Part shown: in pieces, positions 7,531 to 15,582 of the stretch
Position numbering within the stretch: position 1 is the first letter of the stretch
Layout of the letters: each line of letters begins with the position of its first letter
Origin: Methanobacteriota archaeon
GTDB taxonomy: Archaea > Thermoplasmatota > DTKX01 > GCA-020343715
DNA: 25,726 nucleotides
Assembly (NCBI GenBank): GCA_030597775.1
Contig: JAUVRF010000001.1
Location: 1 to 25,726 of the forward strand
Direction of reading: 5' to 3'
Program-made: the position numbers and the translations under genes
Notes under the pieces: model-generated
What the model was told of the DNA's origin: nothing
What the model saw: the letters and a program-made list of their open reading frames with translations, nothing else
Databases searched by the model: none

Positions 7531-9285
7531 ATGCCAAGCGGACAGCCCCACGTCGTCCGCACCTTCACCTTGGTCCTCGTCGTGGTAGCCCTCGCCCTGG
7601 CCCCGACCCTGGTCGCGGCATCCCCCCTGGCCGATGCGGGTCCCGAGATCGAGGATTACACTGGCAGGCCAGTGGTGTTCGAGGGCTTCGGGACCCCGGA
7701 CGAATCCCAGAGGATCATACTGTTCGAGTGGGATTTCGACGGTGACGGTGAATACGACTGGAATTCCACCAAGACCGGCATGGCCACGTACAAGTTCTGG
7801 GACGTGGGAAAGTACAACGCCACCTTCAGGGTGACCCAGTACAACGTGGACGACCAGGAACTGGTGACCGACAACGACACCACCAGCGTCAACATAATCT
7901 CTGGCAAGCCCGTGGGCAGGATCACCTCCACCTCGACCGCCCTGGTGAACTCGGACCATCGACTGGAGGCCGATTACTACGACCCGGACGGGGGCCAGCT
8001 GGAGTACGAATGGAGGATAGACGGGGACCTGGCCTCGAACGAGGCGTCGTTCAAGTACGAGTTCAAAGAGCTCGGGACCTACAACGTGACACTCTTCGTC
8101 ACCGATGACGAGGATGAATGGGTCACCCGACAGATCGACGTCAGGGCCGTCGAGGAGCTGGACGAGGAGTTCGACAACTCCATCTACGTCTACGCCATCG
8201 TCATCGTCCTGGCGATCCTCGTGGTGGCGGTCTTGGCCTACTGGAGCATCCTCAAGGGTCACAAGGAGGGCAAGGGGAAGAAGGACCCGTTGACCTACGC
8301 GGAGATGGCGGGAGGGTCCTCCGAGATCGTCACGGAAGCAAGCCTGGCGGACCGGGAGGCAGAGGCCGCGCCACGGTCCAAACCGAAGGTGGTCAGACCG
8401 GAACGCGTGGTGGCGGGTCCCGGGAAGGCCAAGGGCGGGGGGCCGAGGGTGGCCGCTGCCCCGGACCGCATGCCGTGCCCCGAATGCGGCACGATCATGT
8501 CCGAGGATGGCTCCTGCGCCTTCTGCGGTTCGAACGAGGCCATCGATAGCGTGGAGAAGCAGATCCGGGACCACCAGGGCGAGGGATACATCCTGGCCAA
8601 GGCCGAGGAGGAGCTTGAACGTGCCAAGACGGAGCTCCACGTCAAGAACTTCGACGAGGTCGATGAGTACCTCGCCAATGCCAAGGAGCTGATGGAGGTT
8701 GCCGTTCGAGAGCACGAGAAGTGCCTCTCCCTCATGGCCTTGAACGACGAACTGATAATCATGGCCAAGGACCTGGACCTGGACGTTACCAAGGCGTCGA
8801 ACCTGCTCAAGCTGTCCAAGTCCTTCCTGAAGTCGGGGAAGTACGAGAAGGCGGTATTCTACGCCGAGCGTAGCCGCGATTACCTCCTGGACACCCTCGA
8901 GCCGTTCGACCTTGACCTCTACTTCTGCGAGCACTGCAAGGGGGAGGTCGGCGAGGCCGACGACGAGTGCCCCCACTGCGAGGAGGCCATCGAGAGCGGT
9001 ATTCTCAAGAGGGCCAAGCGGGAGCTCGCGGAACTGAAACGGCGCTTCGGGGGACTCTCGAAGGGCCACGAGAAGCACCAGCCCATCGCTGCACAGCTGG
9101 AGAAGGCCACCGAGCATGTGGATAGCCGTTCAACCTCCGCCGCCAACGAGCACATCGGCAAGGCCCGTGGGATGCTGGACGAGGCCGGGGTGGGGGACGG
9201 AACGGACGGGGAGGCCGAGACCTCGGACGAGGAAGACGTGGAAGACAAGGAAGACGACGAGGCCGAGGGGGGGCACACCTCGTAG
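7531..9285 (+). CDS. Single-pass membrane protein: signal peptide, 2 PKD domains, TM helix, cytoplasmic Zn ribbons and helical repeats, acidic tail
   Basis: Hydrophobic N-terminus TFTLVLVVVALALAPTLVAA. PKD motifs P.ADAG...FEWDFDGDG.YD.......G.Y..T.RVT and DPDG..L.Y.W..DG....F.Y.F...G.Y.VTL.VTD. TM segment IYVYAIVIVLAILVVAVLAYW. CPECG...CAFC and CEHC...CPHC knuckles. Start 7531 (ATG) preferred over 7492 (GTG). Confidence 0.85.
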   Translation: MPSGQPHVVRTFTLVLVVVALALAPTLVAASPLADAGPEIEDYTGRPVVFEGFGTPDESQRIILFEWDFDGDGEYDWNSTKTGMATYKFWDVGKYNATFRVTQYNVDDQELVTDNDTTSVNIISGKPVGRITSTSTALVNSDHRLEADYYDPDGGQLEYEWRIDGDLASNEASFKYEFKELGTYNVTLFVTDDEDEWVTRQIDVRAVEELDEEFDNSIYVYAIVIVLAILVVAVLAYWSILKGHKEGKGKKDPLTYAEMAGGSSEIVTEASLADREAEAAPRSKPKVVRPERVVAGPGKAKGGGPRVAAAPDRMPCPECGTIMSEDGSCAFCGSNEAIDSVEKQIRDHQGEGYILAKAEEELERAKTELHVKNFDEVDEYLANAKELMEVAVREHEKCLSLMALNDELIIMAKDLDLDVTKASNLLKLSKSFLKSGKYEKAVFYAERSRDYLLDTLEPFDLDLYFCEHCKGEVGEADDECPHCEEAIESGILKRAKRELAELKRRFGGLSKGHEKHQPIAAQLEKATEHVDSRSTSAANEHIGKARGMLDEAGVGDGTDGEAETSDEEDVEDKEDDEAEGGHTS

Positions 9286-9321
9286 CCATTTTCCCCGCAA
9301 ATGTTTTGAGACAGCGCGTCA

Positions 9322-9498
9322 ATGGGGCTGGCCGTGGTAGACCTGGTAGGACTGGCCCTGATCCTCGGCCTGGTCGGTTCGGGAGCGTTCCTCTTGCATT
9401 CGATGGAGGTCACACGTTCCCTGCCGAGAGTGCGTCTGGCCGCCGTGCTCAGCATCTTGTTCATGATCACCTTCATCTTCTACGTCTCCCTGGGGTGA
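9322..9498 (+). CDS. 58-aa small membrane protein with two hydrophobic helices (absent from the ORF track)
   Basis: MGLAVVDLVGLALILGLVGSGAFLLHSMEVTRSLPRVRLAAVLSILFMITFIFYVSLG*. It fills the gap, has GC3-rich codons, and its end (GGGGTGA) supplies the RBS for the next gene 4 nt downstream. Confidence 0.7.
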   Translation: MGLAVVDLVGLALILGLVGSGAFLLHSMEVTRSLPRVRLAAVLSILFMITFIFYVSLG

Positions 9499-9502
9499 TG
9501 AT

Positions 9503-9973
9503 ATGAGCAAGATGGTCAAACGGATGCCGTGGGTTGATGCGCCGCCTGAGGACGTCGACACGCTCCCGCGTCCACCGACCCCGATGTCCGTGAACGACCT
9601 ACCCGACGACGTGCGCCACGTGGTCACCATGCGACCCAGGAGGCACCCCAGGGTGGAGTGGGAACTTGACGAGGAGACCGGACTGGTCACCCTCGTCTAC
9701 CCGAAAACGTTCTCGAAGTTCGAGCAGGCCCTGGGGATCCTGGTAAAGCCCGTGACCGAGCTACGGAGGCCCCTTGACGGCCCAGGCTCGTTCATCTGGC
9801 AGATGTGTGATGGCAAGAACGACATTGCCATCATCTGCACCGCCGTGGACGAAGCGTACAAGGAGGAGATGGAGCCCGTCCTCAAGCGGGTCGTGGGTTT
9901 CATCCAGTTGCTGGCCCAGAGAGGGTTGATAGACCTGACGAGGGAAACCCATGAAGATCAAGCAGAAGATTGA
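9503..9973 (+). CDS. PqqD-family (RiPP recognition element-like) protein with an N-terminal extension
   Basis: P.VEW......G.V.L..PK, then LD..GSFIW.MCDG...I..I.......Y.EE.EP...RV..FI..L..RGLI, the PqqD winged-helix pattern. Confidence 0.8.
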   Translation: MSKMVKRMPWVDAPPEDVDTLPRPPTPMSVNDLPDDVRHVVTMRPRRHPRVEWELDEETGLVTLVYPKTFSKFEQALGILVKPVTELRRPLDGPGSFIWQMCDGKNDIAIICTAVDEAYKEEMEPVLKRVVGFIQLLAQRGLIDLTRETHEDQAED

Positions 9974-10160
9974 GAGAGGCAAGAAGAAGGAAGTGGTGAC
10001 CACCCTGTTCTGTCCAGATTGCGGTGGGACGAACCTCAGCTACGAGGCGGGCATGATAACGGGCCAGAAGTACCACTGCGCGGACTGCCACTACAGGGGC
10101 ACTTTCGTACTGGAGCGGAAGGTCGTCATGAAGGACGACGAGGTGGTGGAGGAGCTCTAG
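9951..10160 (+). CDS. Small Zn-ribbon protein
   Basis: 69 aa with CPDCG.TNL.YE.G.ITG..YHC.DC.Y.G.FV. Overlaps the PqqD-like gene by 23 nt. Confidence 0.8.
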   Translation: MKIKQKIERGKKKEVVTTLFCPDCGGTNLSYEAGMITGQKYHCADCHYRGTFVLERKVVMKDDEVVEEL

Positions 10161-10247
10161 CGACGCCCCTCCCCGAGGACTGAACCCCGGTCCTGACCCA
10201 ATCCTTTTCTATCCAATCGCCCATCTCCGGGAAGGCGGTGGACCCAG

Positions 10248-12860
10248 ATGCTGCTCAATCTCTTCCAGGTAAGGCTCCGGGCCAAGGATGTCCCGGATGG
10301 CCATGTGGCAGAGGGCACCGTCTGGGCCGAGCCAGAGGAGATCCACCCCGGGGATGAGTTCCAGGTGTCGGTGGAGCTCAAGTTCCCCGAGGGCGGTGCC
10401 CCGGGTTCCATAGAGGCCAAGGTCTCCCCACCCGAGGACATCACGGTCGACACACCCCAGGTCGACATAGGACCTTATGGGGCCACCGTGACCATACCCG
10501 CGGTGGCGGCGGAGGAGGTGGAGCTGGGCATGTACTATCTCCAGGTGGTCTACTCCGACGAGGAGCGGGAGCACTTCGAGGCGGAGGCGGCCTTGGAGGT
10601 GAAGCGCCACTGGGTCCGGATAGGCCAGGTTGTGGCCCGGCCAGAACGTGCCTCTCCTGGCGACCCGGTGGACGTGGCCGTCCCCCTTGCCTTCGAGGGG
10701 CAGGCCCGCGTCCGAGGTCACGTGCGTGGCCGCCTCGTGCCCGAGGAATGGGACGGCTCGGACGAGCACGCCATCAAGCTACCAAGGGAACGCAGCTCTG
10801 TGGCAGGGGAGAGGGAGCAGATCTGGCACATCCGGCTTCCCAGGGGCGTGCCCGAGGGGAGGTACAACGCCGACATCGAGTTCTCGTCCCAGGAGGGCAC
10901 CGCGAGGAAGCGCACGCGAAGGGTGCTCCTCCTTGTGCCCCAGAGGGGCATCGACGCCATCAGGCCCACGGTGGAGCCTGCCCTCCTGGCCCCGGGAGAC
11001 GATCTTGTCATCACCACGACGGCCGAGAACATCGGCAGGGAGGACCTGCTGGTCCGCGTGGGTGGTGAGCTGGTCCCCGAATCGGGAGGCAACCTCGTCC
11101 CCCTCGAGGAGCGGGACATCCCCCTCGCGCCCGGAGAGACCCAGCAGGTGGAGTGGTCGATCCAGGCCCCGGAACGCCACGGTCGATGGATGGTCCGTAC
11201 AAGGGCCAGGGCCGAACGGACCGACGGCGCGGACCCGCCCGTGGTGGTCCTCGACGTCAGGCCCCACCACAAGGTGCAGGTCGTGGGCGCTGTCCCGGCC
11301 CGGCCATGGGCCGCCGTCGGCGAGATGGTGGACGTGTCCATGCAACTGACGGACTCTGGCTCGAGGCCAGGTTCCGATACCACCGTCTCGGTGTCCCTGG
11401 AAGGCGAGGAGGGCGAGGCCAGCGAGGCCCGCTGGTCGGGGAGCATCGATAGCGAGATCAGGGAGGCGAGCGTCACCGTGGAAGTGCCACGCCCCCCGTC
11501 GGGGCCCGGGAGGGACGGTGAGGGGGATGACGAGACCCAGACCTCGACCCGGTTCGCCCTGGTCGTCCGGGACCTGGATGGAGATGAGCTCCTGCGCATC
11601 CCAGGGGCGGTGGCCATCCGCAAGAGGGTGCAGATAGACCCCAGGGTCGTGAAGGCCCCGCCGGACCCGACCAAACTGGGCGACTGCATGTTCCCCGGCG
11701 AGAGGGTGCTCAAGACCGTCGACGCGGGCGACCTGACGATCGTCGAGCTGTCCAGTGGTTCCCGCCTGTACGCCCGTGGTGACCAGGTGGTGGGAGTTGA
11801 CCATGGGGTCCCGATGGACGAGGCCTTCTGGGACGAGGCCCTCGGGGCCGACGCGGGGATGTACACCGACCTGAGGAAGGGGATACAGCTGGGCGCCCAG
11901 GCCGCCAGGGCCGAGGCCATCGCCATGAGGGCCCTGGGGGACTCCCTGTCCCGTGGCGAGGGGTCGGCCTCCGGTCTCATCAAGGACACTCGGGAGCTTG
12001 CCAAGACCCTTGACCCGGACAGGAGGGCGAGGGGTGTCAGCCCGAGGAGCGGGCCACTGGCACCCTTGGCAGCGTGGCTCTACGACCAGGACGCCCCACC
12101 GGACGATGGCAGGGAGATCGTCCTCGAGCTCAGGAAGGAGATGGTGTCCGCCCAGAAGGCGAAGGGAGGAAAGGACGCAACGAAGGAGGCCTCGGCCGCG
12201 GCCAGGGCGGCCTCCGACCACCTGGAGCGCCTGGCGGACCTGTTCGCACGGGCGTGGGAGCAGGACCGCCTTCACGTTCGTGACCTGGGAGCCATGGCGG
12301 CCCTGGTGGCCGCTGCGGGAGTGGCGGAGGTCGAGCTCCATTCTCGGAGGCAGGAGGGTGATCCGTGGGCATCGCCGGTCCAGTCGATCGAGGAGGGCAG
12401 GGTCGCCCGCCATTCCATGTCGGTCCAGCTGGCCGCCTTGGTGGAAGTGATCGCCAGGCATCGTATCCGTCGCAACGCATGCACGTTGAACACCCGGCAG
12501 CGGGCAAGCCATGCCGCCGTGGTCAGGGACCTCGAGGTCGCCTTCGGCCCCTCCGTTGGCCACTCGGGTGACGCGACGGAACTGGAGATCGAACTTCAAA
12601 ATCACTCCCCCATCGATCTGGAGCTCCGTCTCAACGTGGCCCTCCCCTCGGGGGCCTGGGCCGTCCTGGAGCCCCAGGCACGTGGCGCCGAGGGCATCGT
12701 CTTCGTCGGTCCGTTCCACGTTCCCGCACGCACACGGGAGACGGTCAACCTGGTCCTCTACGTGCCTTCGACGGTCCGCCTTGACTCGTACGTCCTGCCC
12801 ATCGAGGTCGTCCCCGACCCCAAGGAGATAGTCATCGAGCAGCGGGGTGGTGCCAAGTGA
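10248..12860 (+). CDS. 870-aa hypothetical protein: four tandem Ig/CARDB-like beta-sandwich repeats, a helical region and a C-terminal Ig-like domain; no signal peptide or TM helix seen
   Basis: Repeats of about 100-110 aa begin P....PGD.(F/V/L).V and end G.Y/W.....; LAPGETQQVEW is CARDB-like. RBS GGTGG lies 8 nt upstream. Coding-like codon bias. Confidence 0.75.
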   Translation: MLLNLFQVRLRAKDVPDGHVAEGTVWAEPEEIHPGDEFQVSVELKFPEGGAPGSIEAKVSPPEDITVDTPQVDIGPYGATVTIPAVAAEEVELGMYYLQVVYSDEEREHFEAEAALEVKRHWVRIGQVVARPERASPGDPVDVAVPLAFEGQARVRGHVRGRLVPEEWDGSDEHAIKLPRERSSVAGEREQIWHIRLPRGVPEGRYNADIEFSSQEGTARKRTRRVLLLVPQRGIDAIRPTVEPALLAPGDDLVITTTAENIGREDLLVRVGGELVPESGGNLVPLEERDIPLAPGETQQVEWSIQAPERHGRWMVRTRARAERTDGADPPVVVLDVRPHHKVQVVGAVPARPWAAVGEMVDVSMQLTDSGSRPGSDTTVSVSLEGEEGEASEARWSGSIDSEIREASVTVEVPRPPSGPGRDGEGDDETQTSTRFALVVRDLDGDELLRIPGAVAIRKRVQIDPRVVKAPPDPTKLGDCMFPGERVLKTVDAGDLTIVELSSGSRLYARGDQVVGVDHGVPMDEAFWDEALGADAGMYTDLRKGIQLGAQAARAEAIAMRALGDSLSRGEGSASGLIKDTRELAKTLDPDRRARGVSPRSGPLAPLAAWLYDQDAPPDDGREIVLELRKEMVSAQKAKGGKDATKEASAAARAASDHLERLADLFARAWEQDRLHVRDLGAMAALVAAAGVAEVELHSRRQEGDPWASPVQSIEEGRVARHSMSVQLAALVEVIARHRIRRNACTLNTRQRASHAAVVRDLEVAFGPSVGHSGDATELEIELQNHSPIDLELRLNVALPSGAWAVLEPQARGAEGIVFVGPFHVPARTRETVNLVLYVPSTVRLDSYVLPIEVVPDPKEIVIEQRGGAK

Positions 12861-14038
12861 CCCGCACTGGGGACCGTGGATTGGATGCCGGGCTGGCACG
12901 ATTGCTCCAGGCCGTGGACATGTCCAATGCTGGCATGACCCTACCGAAGGAGGCCCCTCCCGCCAAACAGCTGGGTAAGATGCATCACCAGGGCTGGTTG
13001 ATCCTGTCCCGCGCCGCCAAGGGCCTGGGTACCGACGTGACCTCCCTCCAGAGGTCCGCGGAGGCCTCCCCCGTCCTCGAGTCGGCCAAGGCAGAGCCAC
13101 CGCGGCTGTTCGGCCTGTTCAAGCGCAAGCCCGAACCCGCGGTCCGGTGGAAGGCGCGCGAGGCGATCGAGGGGCCGTTCCGCGACGACCCGGTCGCGAT
13201 GGCGAAGAAGGTCTCGGGCCACCGGATCCTCACCGACAGGATCGTACCCATCGCCTCACAGGTGAGGAGCCGGTCCGTACCGGGCAAGTTGCGACGGCCT
13301 CCAGCGGGCCAACGCTACATTCCTCCAACGCCGTCCAGGGAAGCGCTTCTCATGAAGGTGGACCGATCCCTGCTTGAGAGGTACGCGTTAGAGGCGGCCG
13401 GTCCGGAGCACCGACGAAGACCACCCAGGTCACCCCTCAAGTTCTCGGACGGCTATCCCGCCAAGGACCTGTCATCCGCCATCCGCCTCCTGGTGAGGGC
13501 GAAGGCCCGGGAGGTGGCGGACCGCATGCGCAACGGGACCCTTGCCGCCTGGTTCAGGGACGAGGCCGGCGAGGTGGATCTGGCCGCCGTCGTGGACGCG
13601 GCCGCCCATGCCGCGACCGAGCGGGGGGCCAGCGACGAGGAGACCCGGGCGTTGCTCCTGAGGTACATCCGGAGGACCCCCGTGGGAGCAGACCTGGAGC
13701 GGGGTCTCATAGAGCCCATGGCCGAGGCCCTGCGGTCCAGGGACGGTGCCCTGGTGGCCTCCAACGCCGAGGCGCTCCTCCTGCTGGACGCAGACCTGGC
13801 GGCCGCGGAGCTGTCATCGGCCCTGTTCGAGACGGAGGTCACCGGACGGGCTGCCGTCATATCGGCCATGGGCGAGACGGGCTCGCCGAGGGCGGTCGCC
13901 GCCCTGGAGCAGCTTGCCCACGCCGCCACCCGCGACGAGGACCGCGAGGGAGCCCTGGCAGCCCTGCGCAAGCTGGCCAGCGAGGGCGCTGCCCAGGATG
14001 TTGCGGGGGCAGCCCTGGAGCGTCTCGGGCAGGCCTGA
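12857..14038 (+). CDS. Hypothetical helical protein with C-terminal HEAT-like repeats
   Basis: GTGA overlap with the upstream stop. The C-terminus RAAVISAMGETGSPRAVAALEQL...DREGALAALRKL resembles PBS-lyase HEAT repeats. Confidence 0.7.
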   Translation: MTRTGDRGLDAGLARLLQAVDMSNAGMTLPKEAPPAKQLGKMHHQGWLILSRAAKGLGTDVTSLQRSAEASPVLESAKAEPPRLFGLFKRKPEPAVRWKAREAIEGPFRDDPVAMAKKVSGHRILTDRIVPIASQVRSRSVPGKLRRPPAGQRYIPPTPSREALLMKVDRSLLERYALEAAGPEHRRRPPRSPLKFSDGYPAKDLSSAIRLLVRAKAREVADRMRNGTLAAWFRDEAGEVDLAAVVDAAAHAATERGASDEETRALLLRYIRRTPVGADLERGLIEPMAEALRSRDGALVASNAEALLLLDADLAAAELSSALFETEVTGRAAVISAMGETGSPRAVAALEQLAHAATRDEDREGALAALRKLASEGAAQDVAGAALERLGQA

Positions 14039-14051
14039 GCCCCGTGGATCT

Positions 14052-14079
14052 CAGGTCACTGGTCCCAGGTCACTGGTCC
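14052..14079. repeat. Perfect 14-bp tandem duplication (CAGGTCACTGGTCC x2)
   Basis: Copies at 14052-14065 and 14066-14079, in the 45-nt gap between convergent genes. Confidence 0.9.
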
Positions 14080-14083
14080 TCGC

Positions 14084-14557
14084 TCACTTTCCGTCGATCT
14101 TGAGCGACCGACACCTTCGTTCCAGCAGGTCCTCGGGCGAGAAGCGACCATCTGATGGTGGGGCAGTGGCGAGCCTGTACAACCTGGAAGGTGCCTGTCC
14201 CAGCTCCATCTCCTCCGGCGGGCTCCCGTCCATCACAAGACCCTCCCTGGTGTATGTGGCCAGCTCCTGAGGACCCGAGAGGGATACGGCGTCCTCCCCG
14301 CAGACGACAACGCACATGCCACACCTCGCGCAGGGACCTGCATCCACGGTGGGGACCCCTCCGCCCTCTGGCACGTGAAGGCATGCCGATGGACATGGAC
14401 CGATGCAATCACCGCAGGAGGTGCAGGCGGCCCTGTCGATCACGGGCACGCCACATACCGGTCCCTCCACTGCGAGGCGCTCAAGGGGCCAGTCCACCGT
14501 TGAGACCTCACGGCCCATCGCGAGGGCGAGGAGACGGAACGCTGGAGGCCCCCTCAT
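14084..14557 (-). CDS. nuoI: NuoI-like 2x[4Fe-4S] ferredoxin subunit
   Basis: ATG overlaps the nuoH stop (ATGA) with RBS GGAGGTGA. MRGPPAFRLLALAMGREVSTVDWPLE corresponds to the NuoI T..YP.E motif. CTSCGDCIGPCP and CARCGMCVVVCG. Only the last 157 codons of track ORF 14084..15850 are real. Confidence 0.8.
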   Translation of the reverse strand: MRGPPAFRLLALAMGREVSTVDWPLERLAVEGPVCGVPVIDRAACTSCGDCIGPCPSACLHVPEGGGVPTVDAGPCARCGMCVVVCGEDAVSLSGPQELATYTREGLVMDGSPPEEMELGQAPSRLYRLATAPPSDGRFSPEDLLERRCRSLKIDGK

Positions 14558-15582
14558 GCCATCACCTCCATGATGACCGCCACAACGACCAGGTTGAGGG
14601 AAGCGAGGGGTAGCCAGTGATTGCGAACGGCCCGGGCGGTCCCCTCGGGGGTTGCCAGTGGTACCGCCGCCGCGAACATCGATGCGACGATCACCAGGAT
14701 GTAGGCCTTGGTCAACGTCCACCAGGCCCCGTCGGCAACGGGTCCGGACCAACCTCCCAAGAAGACCAGGGCACCCAGGATGCCCAGGGCGAGGTAACGA
14801 GCGGCCACGGCCGAACGCCCGATCGCCATATGGGGACCGGGCCATCCCTCCTGGACGCGTGAGGTCGATCGGACCCGGGACAGTCGCATGGACTCCCAGA
14901 ACATAACGAGCATGAACAGCAAGAACCCCAGGGGGACGAGGACGATGCCCCAACCCCAGTCGGCCTGGGACTCCACGATATCCACCCCCGACGAGGTGCC
15001 CCCGACCAGCAGCATCGAGCCGATGGTGAGGAGCAGGACGGCACCCGAGGCCGTCGCCTCCGCGACCTGGGCATGACGTCGACCCGCGGGTGCCATCGCC
15101 GCCATGGGCACTGGGGCGAGGGCCAGCAATCCCGCGGCGACGACCAGGCCCCACACGGGGTCCGCCAGCTTCAACCAGGGGCTGAGCGGGAGCAGGGCGA
15201 GGGCGCCCAGCACCATGGCCCATGACAGGGCGGCCCCGGCAGCCGACGGGACGCCGGGACGCTTCCTGAGCAACAGCTTGAACCAGTCCGCAATGCCCTG
15301 CAGGGTACCCCAGGCACCCACATGGCGGGGACCACGCCTGCCCTCCACCCGGGCACGTACGCGACGATCGATCCACATGGTCAGCTCGGCAGCCAACAGT
15401 GTCCATATGATGAGGAAGACAGCGGCCACACCGGCGGCGAGCCATAGCGCCGCGTCCCCGTTGAGCCACTTGACGAAACCGTGGAGATAGCCCTCCTCGA
15501 TGCCCAGGCTCTCGAGCACCACGAGGACCACGTCCAGGAACCACCGGACGAGGTCGAGGTAGAGCTGGTAGAGGTCGCTCAC
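14554..15582 (-). CDS. nuoH: NuoH (ND1)-like membrane subunit, divergent
   Basis: DRRV.AR...R.GP..VG..G.LQ.IAD..KL, multiple TM helices, FLGGW.GP, W...KA. Start 15582 (GTGA overlap) or 15591. Confidence 0.88.
   Translation of the reverse strand: MSDLYQLYLDLVRWFLDVVLVVLESLGIEEGYLHGFVKWLNGDAALWLAAGVAAVFLIIWTLLAAELTMWIDRRVRARVEGRRGPRHVGAWGTLQGIADWFKLLLRKRPGVPSAAGAALSWAMVLGALALLPLSPWLKLADPVWGLVVAAGLLALAPVPMAAMAPAGRRHAQVAEATASGAVLLLTIGSMLLVGGTSSGVDIVESQADWGWGIVLVPLGFLLFMLVMFWESMRLSRVRSTSRVQEGWPGPHMAIGRSAVAARYLALGILGALVFLGGWSGPVADGAWWTLTKAYILVIVASMFAAAVPLATPEGTARAVRNHWLPLASLNLVVVAVIMEVMA

Noticed and set aside
9322-10160. RiPP/PQQ biosynthetic cluster
   Set aside because: No radical SAM, YcaO, PqqB/C/E, protease or recognisable precursor peptide is present.
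10779-13100. 773-aa antisense ORF, and similar ones at 1351..2379, 7342..9117, 22619..23794, 405..1136 and 20288..21394
   Set aside because: These are mirror frames of genes with strong GC3 bias, with no motifs and His/Leu/Gly/Arg-skewed composition typical of shadow ORFs.
14052-14079. Possible CRISPR repeat
   Set aside because: There are only two adjacent 14-bp copies with no spacer, and no cas genes. No CRISPR array was seen in the window.
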